Positions 24,205 to 36,735 of a DNA stretch of 63,298 nucleotides are shown here, piece after piece. A program made the translations under genes and the position numbers. This stretch comes from Octopus bimaculoides (Eukaryota): positions 12,610,742-12,674,039 of the forward strand of contig NC_068984.1 of assembly GCF_001194135.2 (NCBI RefSeq). The letters are read 5' to 3'. The notes beneath the pieces were generated by a model. That model saw nothing but the letters and a program-made list of their open reading frames with translations, had not been told where the DNA came from and ran no database searches. The stretch's first letter is position 1. Each line of letters begins with the position of its first letter.

Positions 24205-24690
24205 TTGAGAGAGAGACAGAGATGGAGGGAGAGTGAGTGAGTGAGAGAGAGAGAGAGAAAGGGAGAGAGATAGTGAGTAAGAGGCGAGAGAGAGAGAAAG
24301 GGAGAGAAAGAGGGAGTGAGAGAGAGAAAAAGAGAGAGATAATGGGTAAGAGGGAGAGAAAAAGAGAGAGTGAGTAAGAGGGAGAGTGAGTGAGAGAGAA
24401 AGGGAGAGAAAGAGGGAGTGAGAGAGTGAGGGAGTGAGAGAGTGAGAGAGTGAGAGAGTGAGGGAGTGAGAAAGTGAGGGAGAGAGATAGTGAGAGGGAG
24501 AGAGTGAATGGGAAAGGGAAAAAGGGAGAGCGAGGGACTGAGAGAGATAGAGAGGGAGAGATAGAAAGGGAGACAGAGAGAGTGAATAAGAGAGAGAGAG
24601 AAAAAGAGAGAGAGAGTGAGTGAGTGAGAGAGAGGGAGAGAGAAAGAGAGACATAGAGTGAGTGAGAGAGAGAGAGAGTCTCTTTCTCTC
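24205..24690. repeat. Degenerate (GA/GAGT)n polypurine tract
   Basis: Directly visible; source of the Leu/Ser-rich ORFs. Confidence 0.95.
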
Positions 24691-24964
24691 GCACATAGAA
24701 TTGTGGTATGTAAAATGTCAGAAGTGAAGAAAGAAGAAACGGAGAACAGGGGGTGAAGTGGGGGGAATGTAGAAAGAAGCAATTGTTTAAACAAGTTAAA
24801 AGGAAAGAATGGAGTTCAAGAAAGAAAAGGTGTGTGTGGGGTGAGGGGTGGGGGTGGGTGATAAATGGTAAGTGGAAGACAAAGAATATTCTTTATTTAG
24901 AATGACCGAATTATTCAGCCACGAGTTGAGAAATATACGTGAAAATATATGCACAGATGCATGC

Positions 24965-24995
<31 letters not shown>

Positions 24996-24996
24996 C

Positions 24997-25100
24997 AAAT
25001 CTGCATGTACATATACATACATACATACATACAAATCTGCATGTACATATACATACATACATACATACAAATCTGCATGCACATATACATACATACATAC
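24997..25100. repeat. 36-bp minisatellite, three copies, derived from (TACA)n
   Basis: aaatctgcatg starts at 24997, 25033 and 25069; isolated fourth copy at 25288. Confidence 0.9.
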
Positions 25101-25646
25101 TTACATACGGTGCAATCTGTGAGTGTAGTAGTAAAAATATGCAAGACTTTTCTCAAGTTCCAAATGTGAGTTTGTCTGTGTTAGCTACATCCCAAAGATG
25201 GAGCCTTGTATTTTTGTTGGAAACCGGTTCCATTCTCAGTGGAAGATCTATAATAATTAAAAGAATAGAAGAAACATACATACATACAAATCTGCATGTA
25301 TACATGCATACATACATACATACATACATACATGATGGATCTCTATTCGTTAGACGAACATGATCATCGCTGACAAGTGTTGAGTGTCAGCGATGTCCGT
25401 GGAAGGGTTTTAAGTCAAGTGCAGCTTGCACAACACCACAACTCTCACTAGCAAGACCAAGGGGAACCCAGAGCCAAGCGAAATGCTAAATGTCCGGCTC
25501 AGTAGAGCAGCGGGTTTTATATTCGAGTTGGCTCTCTCTGAGAAAGATGCCTTGACAAAGATTAGGGTCCCTTATTCCTAGTGGGCTAACTGCATCCTTG
25601 GACACCAATCCGAATATTTTTACGTCCCAGCACATGCTTACACACG

Positions 25647-25717
<71 letters not shown>

Positions 25718-26111
25718 TTATATAAACGTATATACATGCGTACACACATGTCCTCATTTGAAGGCAAACGTACATACATATTGTATAGATATATCGGTAA
25801 AAACATTATCGGTGCGAGTGTAACTAACCACACACACTCATAATACGCACCCTCATACATTTATAGATTAAGAATATTCTCAATTGAGAGCACAGAAAAG
25901 AAGAGAACACTTTCCAGTGGAGGGGTCGGCAGAATCATAGGAGTGGAGATATGTATTTAGACCCTGCAGGGCAAAGGTTCGCAGAGGAAAGATGAGACAG
26001 ATTTCCTTGCATCTGTTAAGCCATTGTTGGAGGAGAACATTTCGTACTGAAAGACATTTAGTGTAGTGGCCAGGCGAATTAAAGCAGCGAGTTAATAACG
26101 GTGTTTTAGAT

Positions 26112-26515
26112 ATCTTTTACTTGTTTCAGCCATTAGCCTTTGGCTATGCTGGGGTACCGCCTTGAACTTTTAGTCGAATGAATTCCACCCCCCACCACCG
26201 TACTTCTTTTTAAAGCCTGGTACTTATTCTGTCGCTCTCTTTTGACGAACCATTATCTTACACACCAACACCGGTTGTCAAGTGGTCGTGGTAAGGGGGG
26301 ATAAATACAGACAAAAAGACACACACTGATATCTATCTATCTATCTATCTGATGGGCTTATTTTTAGTTTCCATCCACATTCACACACAAGGCTTTGGTC
26401 AGCTCCAGAGGGTATTGTAGAAAACGCTCACCTAAGGTACCATGCAGTGGGATTGAATCCATAACCATGTAGTTGGGAAACAAGCTTTTTTACCACAAAA
26501 CCACGCTCATGCCTA
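26112..26515 (-). mobile_element. Full-length SINE family B
   Basis: ttttacttgtttcagcc...gctatgctggggtaccgccttgaa...caccggttgtcaag...acaaggctttggtc...catgcagtgggattgaatcc. Confidence 0.85.
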
Positions 26516-26759
26516 TGGAGGGTAGATGTCCACTGAAATTGTCACCAAAAACACTGCTGCGTCTCGCCTAGGCTCCGCAGCGTTTGTATGCCCTGCAGTT
26601 TATTAGGTTTGAAGAGATTCGTTGAAAAGGGTCTGTGATGTTGACCATTGAGTTCTTCGTTTTCTTCTGCTTCGGGTTTTTTTTTCTTGTCGTCATAATC
26701 GTTCTCTTCATTAACTTGATATCTTGTTTTCTGCTGTTTCGTTTCATGAAACGCCAAGC

Positions 26760-26783
26760 AATAGCAACAGGAACAATAGCAGT

Positions 26784-26827
<44 letters not shown>

Positions 26828-26943
26828 CAATAATAATAATAATAATAATAAGAAGAACAACAACAACACGAGCAGACAAGGAAGCTTCAACGTGGTTACT
26901 CGAACTGCACTTTGTATATAGTTCTATTGATTCTGTGTCTATT

Positions 26944-26974
<31 letters not shown>

Positions 26975-27190
26975 CGGCGGTGGTGGTGGTGATGATGGTG
27001 ATGTTGATAAGGATGGTGATAACGATGATGATGATGATGATGATGATGGTGGTGGTGCTGGTGGTGGTGATGATGATGATGATGATGATGATGACGATGG
27101 TGGTGGTGGTGATGATGTTGATGCGGATAATGATAATAGTGATGATGATAATGATGATGAAGACGATGACGATGATGATGATGTTGACGC
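26760..27190. repeat. Compound trinucleotide arrays (GCA, AAT, GAT, GGT)
   Basis: Directly visible. Confidence 0.95.
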
Positions 27191-27585
27191 GAAACAGTTA
27201 ATAACAAGAGACAAGTTCTAACCCAATATGATAATTCTCGTATTGAATTGCGAAATGAAGCATGAAGTCGGTGTCTGAATATTATTTTCTTCATTACAAG
27301 AAGTTCTTATGAGATAATTAGTTGTAATTTATTTTTGAATGCGGCGGGATCGAGAATACCAAAATAAATAAATAAATAGATAAATGAGACAAAAAAAAAA
27401 GTAAATAATTAGCTTTTCGGAAATATTCAATGATGTAGGCGTAGGGTGAAGGGTAGCATTTTTTTAACTAACCAAACGGGAAACGTTGTTATTCTGTAGG
27501 ATATTGGCTATGTAATTCTTCTGTGGAGCGAGGGAGGGAGAGAGGGGAGAGAGAGAGAGAGAGAGAGAGAGGAAGAGAGAAGGAC

Positions 27586-27626
<41 letters not shown>

Positions 27627-27728
27627 TAGAGGGAGAGAAAGAAGGAGAGAGANNNNNNNNNNGAGAGAGAGATAGAGGGAGAGAAAGAAGGAGAGAGAGA
27701 GGGAGAGAGAAAGAGGGAGAGAAAGAGG

Positions 27729-27765
<37 letters not shown>

Positions 27766-27768
<3 letters not shown>

Positions 27769-28068
27769 TCTAGTCTTTTTATTCGCAAAACTATAAACGT
27801 TGTTAATCTGAGGATATTGGCTAATTCCTCTGTGGAGCGAGAGAGGGAGGGAGAGAGATAGATGAGAGATAGACATAGAGAGAGAGAGAGATAGATAGAG
27901 GGAGAGATAGGGGAGAGAGATAGGGGAGAGAGATAGGGGAGAGAGATAGGGGAAAGAGATAGGGGAGAGAGATAGGGGAGAGAGATAGGGAGAGGGAGAG
28001 ATAGATAGATAGATAGATTGACAGAGAGATAGTTAAACAGATAGATAGATAGATAGTTAAACAGATAG

Positions 28069-28131
<63 letters not shown>

Positions 28132-28810
28132 AACCTCTTTAATTTTGCTCAGATTGCTTTCAATTTTGGTGTATAGATGCAACTCTGAATTTTGATTACG
28201 ATCAACCAATTACTTTATCTTGTAAATTAAAGAATCTGATGTTATTTGGAATTAAAGTTGGTAAATTTGGATAATTTTAGCCAATCAACAGACAACGAGG
28301 CATTAACAGCTTGTTACCATGACAATCGCACGCTGATACAGGTATTCTTTTCCTTGGGACAAATTCTTTGTTGACTGGTGTTATTCTTATCGTAGTTTAC
28401 AAATCCAATCATGAAAACGTTACTCAACTTTGAAATTTTGGAGACACATACACACGCACTTATATATTAATATATTATATATTAATAATGTACACAAATA
28501 CATGACAGGTAATCATAATACTGAAATACTTATAAATTTCACAGACGCTAAACTATAAATTTCACAGGGTACAACCTTAAATTTGACACCGCTCCGCTAA
28601 ACACAGAAAATTTCTCTCTCGCTATTGGCTAAAAATAGAGAGTTTTTCCGATTGTTAAACCTCTGTAACTTTTTCCTCCAAATTTTTCTCTCCATAACAT
28701 CATACCTTCGTAAGAACGAGACTTGAAAACTTTATTACTATAGCCGATTTTCAGATTTTTGACTGTCTTTTAAAAAATGCATATTTTGCGAATGAAAAAA
28801 ACCTAGATCC
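27766..28810. mobile_element. Non-autonomous DNA transposon (MITE) with GGATCTAG termini and 8-bp TSD, inserted in (GA)n
   Basis: Left ggatctagtctttttattcgcaaaa; reverse complement of right end ggatctaggtttttttcattcgcaaaa; agagagag on both sides (TSD ambiguous inside a microsatellite). Confidence 0.7.
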
Positions 28811-28847
<37 letters not shown>

Positions 28848-30171
28848 GAGAGGAAGAGAGAGTGAAAGAGAGAAAAAGAGAATCCGACCTTCTGGAGAGA
28901 AATATATAGAAAAAGAGAGATAAAGAAATTGAGACCGTCTGGAGAGAGAAAGAGTGTGTGTGTGTGTTAGAAAGAGAGAGATAAATAGAGAGAGAGAGAG
29001 AGTGAGAGAGAGAAGGACCCTTTGAAGAGAGAGGAAGGGAGGGAGAGAGAGAAAGAGAGGGAGGAAGCGAGAGAGGAAAAGTGAGAGAGAAGGACCCTTT
29101 GAAGAGAGAAGGGAAGAGAGAAAGAGAAAGACCATTTCAAGAGAGAGGGGAAGTGAAAGAGAGAGAGAGAGAGAGAGAGTGTGAGNNNNNNNNNNNNNNN
29201 NNNNNNNNNNNNNNNNNNNNNNNNNNNNNNNNNNNNNNNNNNNNNNNNNNNNNNNNNNNNNNNNNNNNNNNNNNNNNNNNNNNNNNNNNNNNNNNNNNNN
29301 NNNNNNNNNNNNNNNNNNNNNNNNNNNNNNNNNNNNNNNNNNNNNNNNNNNNNNNNNNNNNNNNNNNNNNNNNNNNNNNNNNNNNNNNNNNNNNNNNNNN
29401 NNNNNNNNNNNNNNNNNNNNNNNNNNNNNNNNNNNNNNNNNNNNNNNNNNNNNNNNNNNNNNNNNNNNNNNNNNNNNNNNNNNNNNNNNNNNNNNNNNNN
29501 NNNNNNNNNNNNNNNNNNNNNNNNNNNNNNNNNNNNNNNNNNNNNNNNNNNNNNNNNNNNNNNNNNNNNNNNNNNNNNNNNNNNNNNNNNNNNNNNNNNN
29601 NNNNNNNNNNNNNNNNNNNNNNNNNNNNNNNNNNNNNNNNNNNNNNNNNNNNNNNNNNNNNNNNNNNNNNNNNNNNNNNNNNNNNNNNNNNNNNNNNNNN
29701 NNNNNNNNNNNNNNNNNNNNNNNNNNNNNNNNNNNNNNNNNNNNNNNNNNNNNNNNNNNNNNNNNNNNNNNNNNNNNNNNNNNNNNNNNNNNNNNNNNNN
29801 NNNNNNNNNNNNNNNNNNNNNNNNNNNNNNNNNNNNNNNNNNNNNNNNNNNNNNNNNNNNNNNNNNNNNNNNNNNNNNNNNNNNNNNNNNNNNNNNNNNN
29901 NNNNNNNNNNNNNNNNNNNNNNNNNNNNNNNNNNNNNNNNNNNNNNNNNNNNNNNNNNNNNNNNNNNNNNNNNNNNNNNNNNNNNNNNNNNNNNNNNNNN
30001 NNNNNNNNNNNNNNNNNNNNNNNNNNNNNNNNNNNNNNNNNNNNNNNNNNNNNNNNNNNNNNNNNNNNNNNNNNNNNNNNNNNNNNNNNNNNNNNNNNNN
30101 NNNNNNNNNNNNNNATATATAAAGGTGTGTACATCTGCTTTTAGTCATATATATGTTGTGTTATTGTTTTA

Positions 30172-30400
30172 TACTTTTATTTGTTTCAGTCATTTGACTG
30201 CGGCCATGTTGGAGCACCACCTTTAGTCAAAGAAATCGACCCAAGGACTTATTATTTGTAAGCCTACGACTTATTCTGTTGCTCTGTTTTGCCAAACCGC
30301 TAAGTTACGAGGACGTAAACACACCAACATCGGTTGTCAAGCGATGGTGGGAGGACAAACGTATACATACATATACACACAAGCATATACATACATACAC
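30172..30400 (-). mobile_element. SINE family B 3' half
   Basis: ttgtttcagtcatttgactgcggccatgttggagcaccacc...ccgctaagttacgaggacgtaaacacaccaacatcggttgtcaag. Confidence 0.9.
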
Positions 30401-30466
30401 ATACATATATATACATATACAAGTATATACATACATACATATACACATAAACATATACATACATAC

Positions 30467-30499
<33 letters not shown>

Positions 30500-31041
30500 T
30501 GTATGTATGTATGTATGTATGTATGTATGTATAATAGAAATATGTTACAAAAACAAAATAGAAACTACACGTGAAAATGTAAGGGGAAAGTAAGCAGAAA
30601 AATAAGCGAAAATGCACATTGGAAATAAAAAAAGTAAAGGCTTTTTATAGAAAGTAACGATAGATATATACAGTTAGATGAACTGAGGTTGGGATAAAGG
30701 TAATAAAAGTTATTATTGTGAGTTGCTAAAGAGATTTAAAAGCATACCGGGTTCGTAATATAATAATAATCATTGCTTTGAATGCACACCGAATTCTATT
30801 AGCCCCTTAGTAAAAAGATTATGTGTAAGGGAGGTAAGTAGTTCTGGATTTGGTGCAATTAGGGTAGATCCGGATCTGTAATGTGAATGGTGTATGAGAT
30901 GCATGGGGGTTAGTGGTATTAAATGGAATACCGGTATCTCTATGTCTCTTGTTGGTATATTGATTGGATTTGTTCTTTAATTACAAATAGTGTCTTTAAT
31001 CCTTAAATTTCCGATATTACGTTTTGTAAGTNNNNNNNNNN

Positions 31042-31076
<35 letters not shown>

Positions 31077-31514
31077 TTGTGTGTGCGTGTGTGAGTATGT
31101 GTGTGTGTGCGTGAGTGTTTGTGCGTGTATGTAGTGTGTATAAATACATGTTTTTGACAGTGAATGCAATTGTATAAATGCAGTTTTTAATACCAATGTA
31201 CAACGTATTAATAGTTCAATCGATGTAATATGTATTTCATATATTTTAAATTACCTTGTGCACTACCAATGCCGATAAAAATGTTCTCATTGTAACCGAG
31301 TCCATTGCCTAATGTATAAACATTGTCCCTGTGTGTAACTGGACAAACAGACGGGTATTTTTTGAGGGAAGATCCAGTGTGTACTAACTGCATATTGAAA
31401 CCTTCGCTACGGATTGTGTGACATATTCCGGTAGTTATATCTTTGTATTTGCTTCGGATTCTCTTAAAGTGAAACAAATTTTTTTGTATCTCTTGCAGAC
31501 CATTATTCCAATGA

Positions 31515-31709
31515 CCCTTTCTACTAATGGCACAAGGCCTGACATTTTGGGAGTGATGACTATTCGATTACGTCGACCCCAGTACTCAACCGGTACTCAT
31601 TTTATAGATCCTGAATGAATTAAAGGTAAAAATCGGTGGAATTTGAACTCAGAAAGTAAAGACGGACGAAATACCGCTGCTAAACATTTTGCCCGGCGCG
31701 GTAACGATT
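31515..31709 (-). mobile_element. SINE family A (A1) lacking its extreme 5' end
   Basis: ggcacaaggcctgacattttggg...ggaatttgaactcag...gcccggcgcggtaacgatt. Confidence 0.85.
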
Positions 31710-31710
31710 G

Positions 31711-31940
31711 TTATTTCTTTATTGCCCACAAGTGACTAAACATAGAGGGGATAAACAAGGAGAGACGAAGGGATTAAGTCGATTACATCGATCCCAGTGC
31801 TTAACTGGTACTTATTTAATCGACTCCGAAAGGATGAAAGGCTAATCGACCTCGGCAGAATTTGAACTCGGAACGTAGCGGCAAACAAAATACCGCTAAG
31901 CATTTCGCCCGGCGCGGTAATGATTCTGCCAGCTCACCGA
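31711..31940 (-). mobile_element. SINE family A (A2) abutting the previous copy
   Basis: ttatttctttattgcccacaag...taagtcgattacatcga...gattctgccagctcaccg. Confidence 0.9.
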
Positions 31941-32469
31941 CTTCATTATTCCAATAATAAGCTCACCGTCTTGTGCCATTTCACTTCTTTATCATCCGTC
32001 AATTAACCAATTAATTAAATATTAAATCGATTGTTTGGCTAATCATTCAGTCAATCAATTAATCAATTATGTTTATCAAAGTCCTTTCGTTGCCATTTGC
32101 AAACTTTTCACTGACATATCCTCTCTATTCCAGGTCAGCTTCAACAACTGTTGTTCTCTCATTAAAGCCTGCCCGTCTTAAATCGCAAATGTCGGCAAAA
32201 TGACACTGATAGAATAAATGGCAACCTTTAAAAATAAGTGCCCGTCAATTTGTTCGCATAAACCCTTTACGAGGAAGCCCCAGCATGGCCGCAGTCCAAT
32301 AACTGAAACGAGTAACAGAAATATGAAATAATTGTCTAAATGTGTGTAATCGTAGTTTCATTATATGATAGGTCTATACTCTCTGGATAGGAAGCTAGTC
32401 TTACATAGGTAGATCTCCATGCAAGTCTAGTGCCATTCCTAGGAATACAGTTAAGTGAGACGTGTGTAT

Positions 32470-33352
32470 AAGTTAGTATCTAAACCAAAAATACGCCGTG
32501 TGTTCGTGGCCCCCCATTGGAGCCTCCACGAATAGAAAAAGAAAGATGAGCAACGGCAGTTGCTCACCAGTTAAAGAGCAGTCTGCGGGTGATGAGAAGG
32601 GCCCCCCCGGGTGTGCCGGTGGAGGCCCCACCCCCGCAGACGAAAAAAGAAAAAAAGGAAAATGAAGAAACGGGAGATGGACGGCGGACGTCACTGTGCC
32701 GCCGGCCGAACCCGAGGCCCCTCCGGTGGGTAGTGTGAGACCGGAGAGGGAGGCTCTGCCAGTGGGAATTGTGCCACTGGCAGAGCAGGCCGCGGTCGCT
32801 CCCGTTGACGAGGAAGCAGAGATTATCCTNNNNNNNNNNNNNNNNNNNNNNNNNNNNNNNNNNNNNNNNNNNNNNNNNNNNNNNNNNNNNNNNNNNNNNN
32901 NNNNNNNNNNNNNNNNNNNNNNNNNNNNNNNNNNNNNNNNNNNNNNNNNNNNNNNNNNNNNNNNNNNNNNNNNNNNNNNNNNNNNNNNNNNNNNNNNNNN
33001 NNNNNNNNNNNNNNNNNNNNNNNNNNNNNNNNNNNNNNNNNNNNNNNNNNNNNNNNNNNNNNNNNNNNNNNNNNNNNNNNNNNNNNNAGCAGGAATCTTG
33101 CTTGGGGGCCCAGATGTGGAGGACTATAGAACTTGATTTGATTTGATTTTGTTGTTGTAATGATGATTTTTATTGAACAAGGTTTTTAAGGGGTTGTCGG
33201 TCTGCGGGCGCCGGTGCCTCTCCCATTTTTTACTCATCTTTTTGTATTCATTTCATTCATTAATGTCCGTGTCCAGCTTGCAGCTTCTTTATGTTTGTTT
33301 GTCTTTCGTTGTCTCCTGTATGTAATGCCTTTATGGCAAATTTATGAAATAA
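32470..33352 (+). mobile_element. GC-rich island across a gap, possibly an L1/Tx1-like retroelement remnant
   Basis: Sharp GC rise, Pro/Ala/Glu-rich open frame 32696-32829, T-rich 3' segment ending gaaataaa; no diagnostic motif seen. Confidence 0.33.
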
Positions 33353-33495
33353 AGAAGCTTGCTTTCCAAACACATAGTTCCGTTTCAGTCCCACTGTGCG
33401 GCACCTTGGGAAAATGCTTTGTACTATAATCTCGAGCCGACCAAAGCCTTGTGAGGGGATTTGGTAGACGGAAACTGAAAGAAGCCCATCGTACA
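33352..33495 (+). mobile_element. SINE family B head
   Basis: aagaagcttgctttccaaacacatagttccgtttcagtcccactgtgcggcaccttggg...gacggaaactgaaagaagcccatcg. Confidence 0.9.
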
Positions 33496-33533
33496 CACAC
33501 ACACACACAGACGTATTTAGATATAATATAACG

Positions 33534-33568
<35 letters not shown>

Positions 33569-34905
33569 TATACATATATGTATATAACTAATAATATCGA
33601 AGGGTAATTAGAAATATTAGAAATATCTACTACCAGTGGCCTAGCGTGTAAAAATTTAGGTCATAGAGTATATATTATTCATATAAATACAGTGTACATT
33701 TAAACACATAAGAGGTACCATCATAGGATTCCCTCACCCTAGAAAGAACAGCTATGTATATATATATATATATTGACATCAGTAGAAAATGCGCAATATA
33801 TATCTGCATTCCCATAACGTTTCTCGCTCCTCTCTTTCTTTGTCTCTCTCACTCTCCCACATACAAACAGAAACATACACACTGACTTAATAGTGTACAA
33901 TTATTGAAGAATGAATACAAAGCGAAACAAAAAATAAATTGTAATTTCCCTCTTCGCCAGAGCCTACAACTCCTCTAAACCATAACAGCAGATCCTTATG
34001 GAAATGCTGGAGTCTGTTCTAGAGATTGGTCTTCTCAAGAACGAATCCTTTTAGCTGCTGTATGTCGGAAAGCAGCAGAGAGCCTACTGCTGATGCGTTG
34101 TTCAGAAACCAACGCCGATGTTGTCGTCGCCATCTTTTTTAATAGTGATCGTTACTGTCGTATTATAAGAGAAAGATTAAATGCTTAAAATAAGAAGACT
34201 ATGAAATATATTTGGTGAATGATTGCAGCTCCGGCCACTTTTCATCAAAATACCTCTTTAATAGCTTAGGAGGTTGCTTTAAGTGTGAATGAAATGGTGA
34301 ACAAGAAATGACATTTGGACAAACCCTGCAATATGAGGATATGAATGCAAAAGCGTATCGCTAAGAATGACAAATAATATATGTATATATGTATGCATGT
34401 TTATATACTTGTTTGTATGTGTGTAGGTGTGTTTAGGGACAAAGAGAAAAAGAACGGGAAATAACACACATTCATGCGCGCACACACACACATTCTTGTC
34501 TATATATGCATATATGTATGTATGTGTGTGTGTGTGTATGTGTATATATATACATATATATATATATAATGGATAATAAAACGAATGGTTTACCACCTGG
34601 TAGGTTACTTTTCTCGATGGATTGCGTGTTCATTTCTCTTTTTGTATAAATGAAGATATTTCTTCCGTCTGGCTTCTTTTCTTTCTACAAAAAGGGGAAG
34701 TTACATGGCGGAACAGTTATTTTAACGCGTTGTACTTATTTATCACCCGACGAGATACATCTGCACCGCCGGATGCTCTTGAACCAGTTGTTGAGTGTCC
34801 CACACAAGAGGAATCGATGCTAGATATGTCGAAACAATTGTCGTGGTTAATAATAAATTCTCGTATATTCCATCGTCCGTCTTTCCTTTGCCATATATAT
34901 ATATG

Positions 34906-34950
<45 letters not shown>

Positions 34951-35943
34951 NNNNNNNNNNNNNNNNNNNNNNNNNNNNNNNNNNNNNNNNNNNNNNNNNN
35001 NNNNNNNNNNNNNNNNNNNNNNNNNNNNNNNNNNNNNNNNNNNNNNNNNNNNNNNNNNNNNNNNNNNNNNNNNNNNNNNNNNNNNNNNNNNNNNNNNNNN
35101 NNNNNNNNNNNNNNNNNNNNNNNNNNNNNNNNNNNNNNNNNNNNNNNNNNNNNNNNNNNNNNNNNNNNNNNNNNNNNNNNNNNNNNNNNNNNNNNNNNNN
35201 NNNNNNNNNNNNNNNNNNNNNNNNNNNNNNNNNNNNNNNNNNNNNNNNNNNNNNNNNNNNNNNNNNNNNNNNNNNNNNNNNNNNNNNNNNNNNNNNNNNN
35301 NNNNNNNNNNNNNNNNNNNNNNNNNNNNNNNNNNNNNNNNNNNNNNNNNNNNNNNNNNNNNNNNNNNNNNNNNNNNNNNNNNNNNNNNNNNNNNNNNNNN
35401 NNNNNNNNNNNNNNNNNNNNNNNNNNNNNNNNNNNNNNNNNNNNNNNNNNNNNNNNNNNNNNNNNNNNNNNNNNNNNNNNNNNNNNNNNNNNNNNNNNNN
35501 NNNNNNNNNNNNNNNNNNNNNNNNNNNNNNNNNNNNNNNNNNNNNNNNNNNNNNNNNNNNNNNNNNNNNNNNNNNNNNNNNNNNNNNNNNNNNNNNNNNN
35601 NNNNNNNNNNNNNNNNNNNNNNNNNNNNNNNNNNNNNNNNNNNNNNNNNNNNNNNNNNNNNNNNNNNNNNNNNNNNNNNNNNNNNNNNNNNNNNNNNNNN
35701 NNNNNNNNNNNNNNNNNNNNNNNNNNNNNNNNNNNNNNNNNNNNNNNNNNNNNNNNNNNNNNNNNNNNNNNNNNNNNNNNNNNNNNNNNNNNNNNNNNNN
35801 NNNNNNNNNNNNNNNNNNNNNNNNNNNNNNNNNNNNNNNNNNNNNNNNNNNNNNNNNNNNNNNNNNNNNNNNNNNNNNNNNNNNNNNNNNNNNNNNNNNN
35901 NNNNNNNNNNNNNNNNNNNNNNNNNNNNNNNNNNNNNNNNNNN

Positions 35944-36030
<87 letters not shown>

Positions 36031-36399
36031 GATAGATATACATGTGTACGTGTAAATGTAATTACATGTGTACACACACATCTGTATGATAAGTATATAC
36101 ATATATGTAATGATATATATATATGTGTGTTCATATAAATAGTTACATATCCATTTGTGAAGAATAATATATATACATACAGAAGCAGCAGCAGCAGCAG
36201 CAGCAACAACAACAATTAATAGTAATGATGATAATAATAATAATAATAATAATAACAACAATAATAATAATGAAAATAATCCCTTTGTTTCTATCACATG
36301 ACTTTGTAAATGAACAATCTGGTGTGTTTATTCGAATGGCCTACCATTGTATACGGGAAGAGACTCGGAAAGAAATGGGAACAAAATTGAAAGAGGATA

Positions 36400-36460
<61 letters not shown>

Positions 36461-36501
36461 CGACGACGACGACGACGACGACAACAACAACAATAATAAT
36501 A

Positions 36502-36735
36502 GAGAGTAAACGTGATACCGATAGTAATTGGTGCACTCAACTACCAACATGGCTAAAAAGATTGGTGCAAGTGTGAAGGTAGAACACCGTCACAAATATC
36601 AACATTGCTTGGAACTGCAAGAATTCATCGCAGGGTTCTTGAAGCATGACCAGTAAAACAAGTGTCACCTTAGTCTGCTGGCTGTGGACAGCTGACACTT
36701 TCCATCATACCCAGCAAAATAAGCCATGGGTTTTC

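Noticed and set aside
26635-27294. 188-aa ORF with poly-Ala/Met and antisense poly-His ORFs
   Set aside because: Trinucleotide arrays keep frames open on both strands; no evidence of coding
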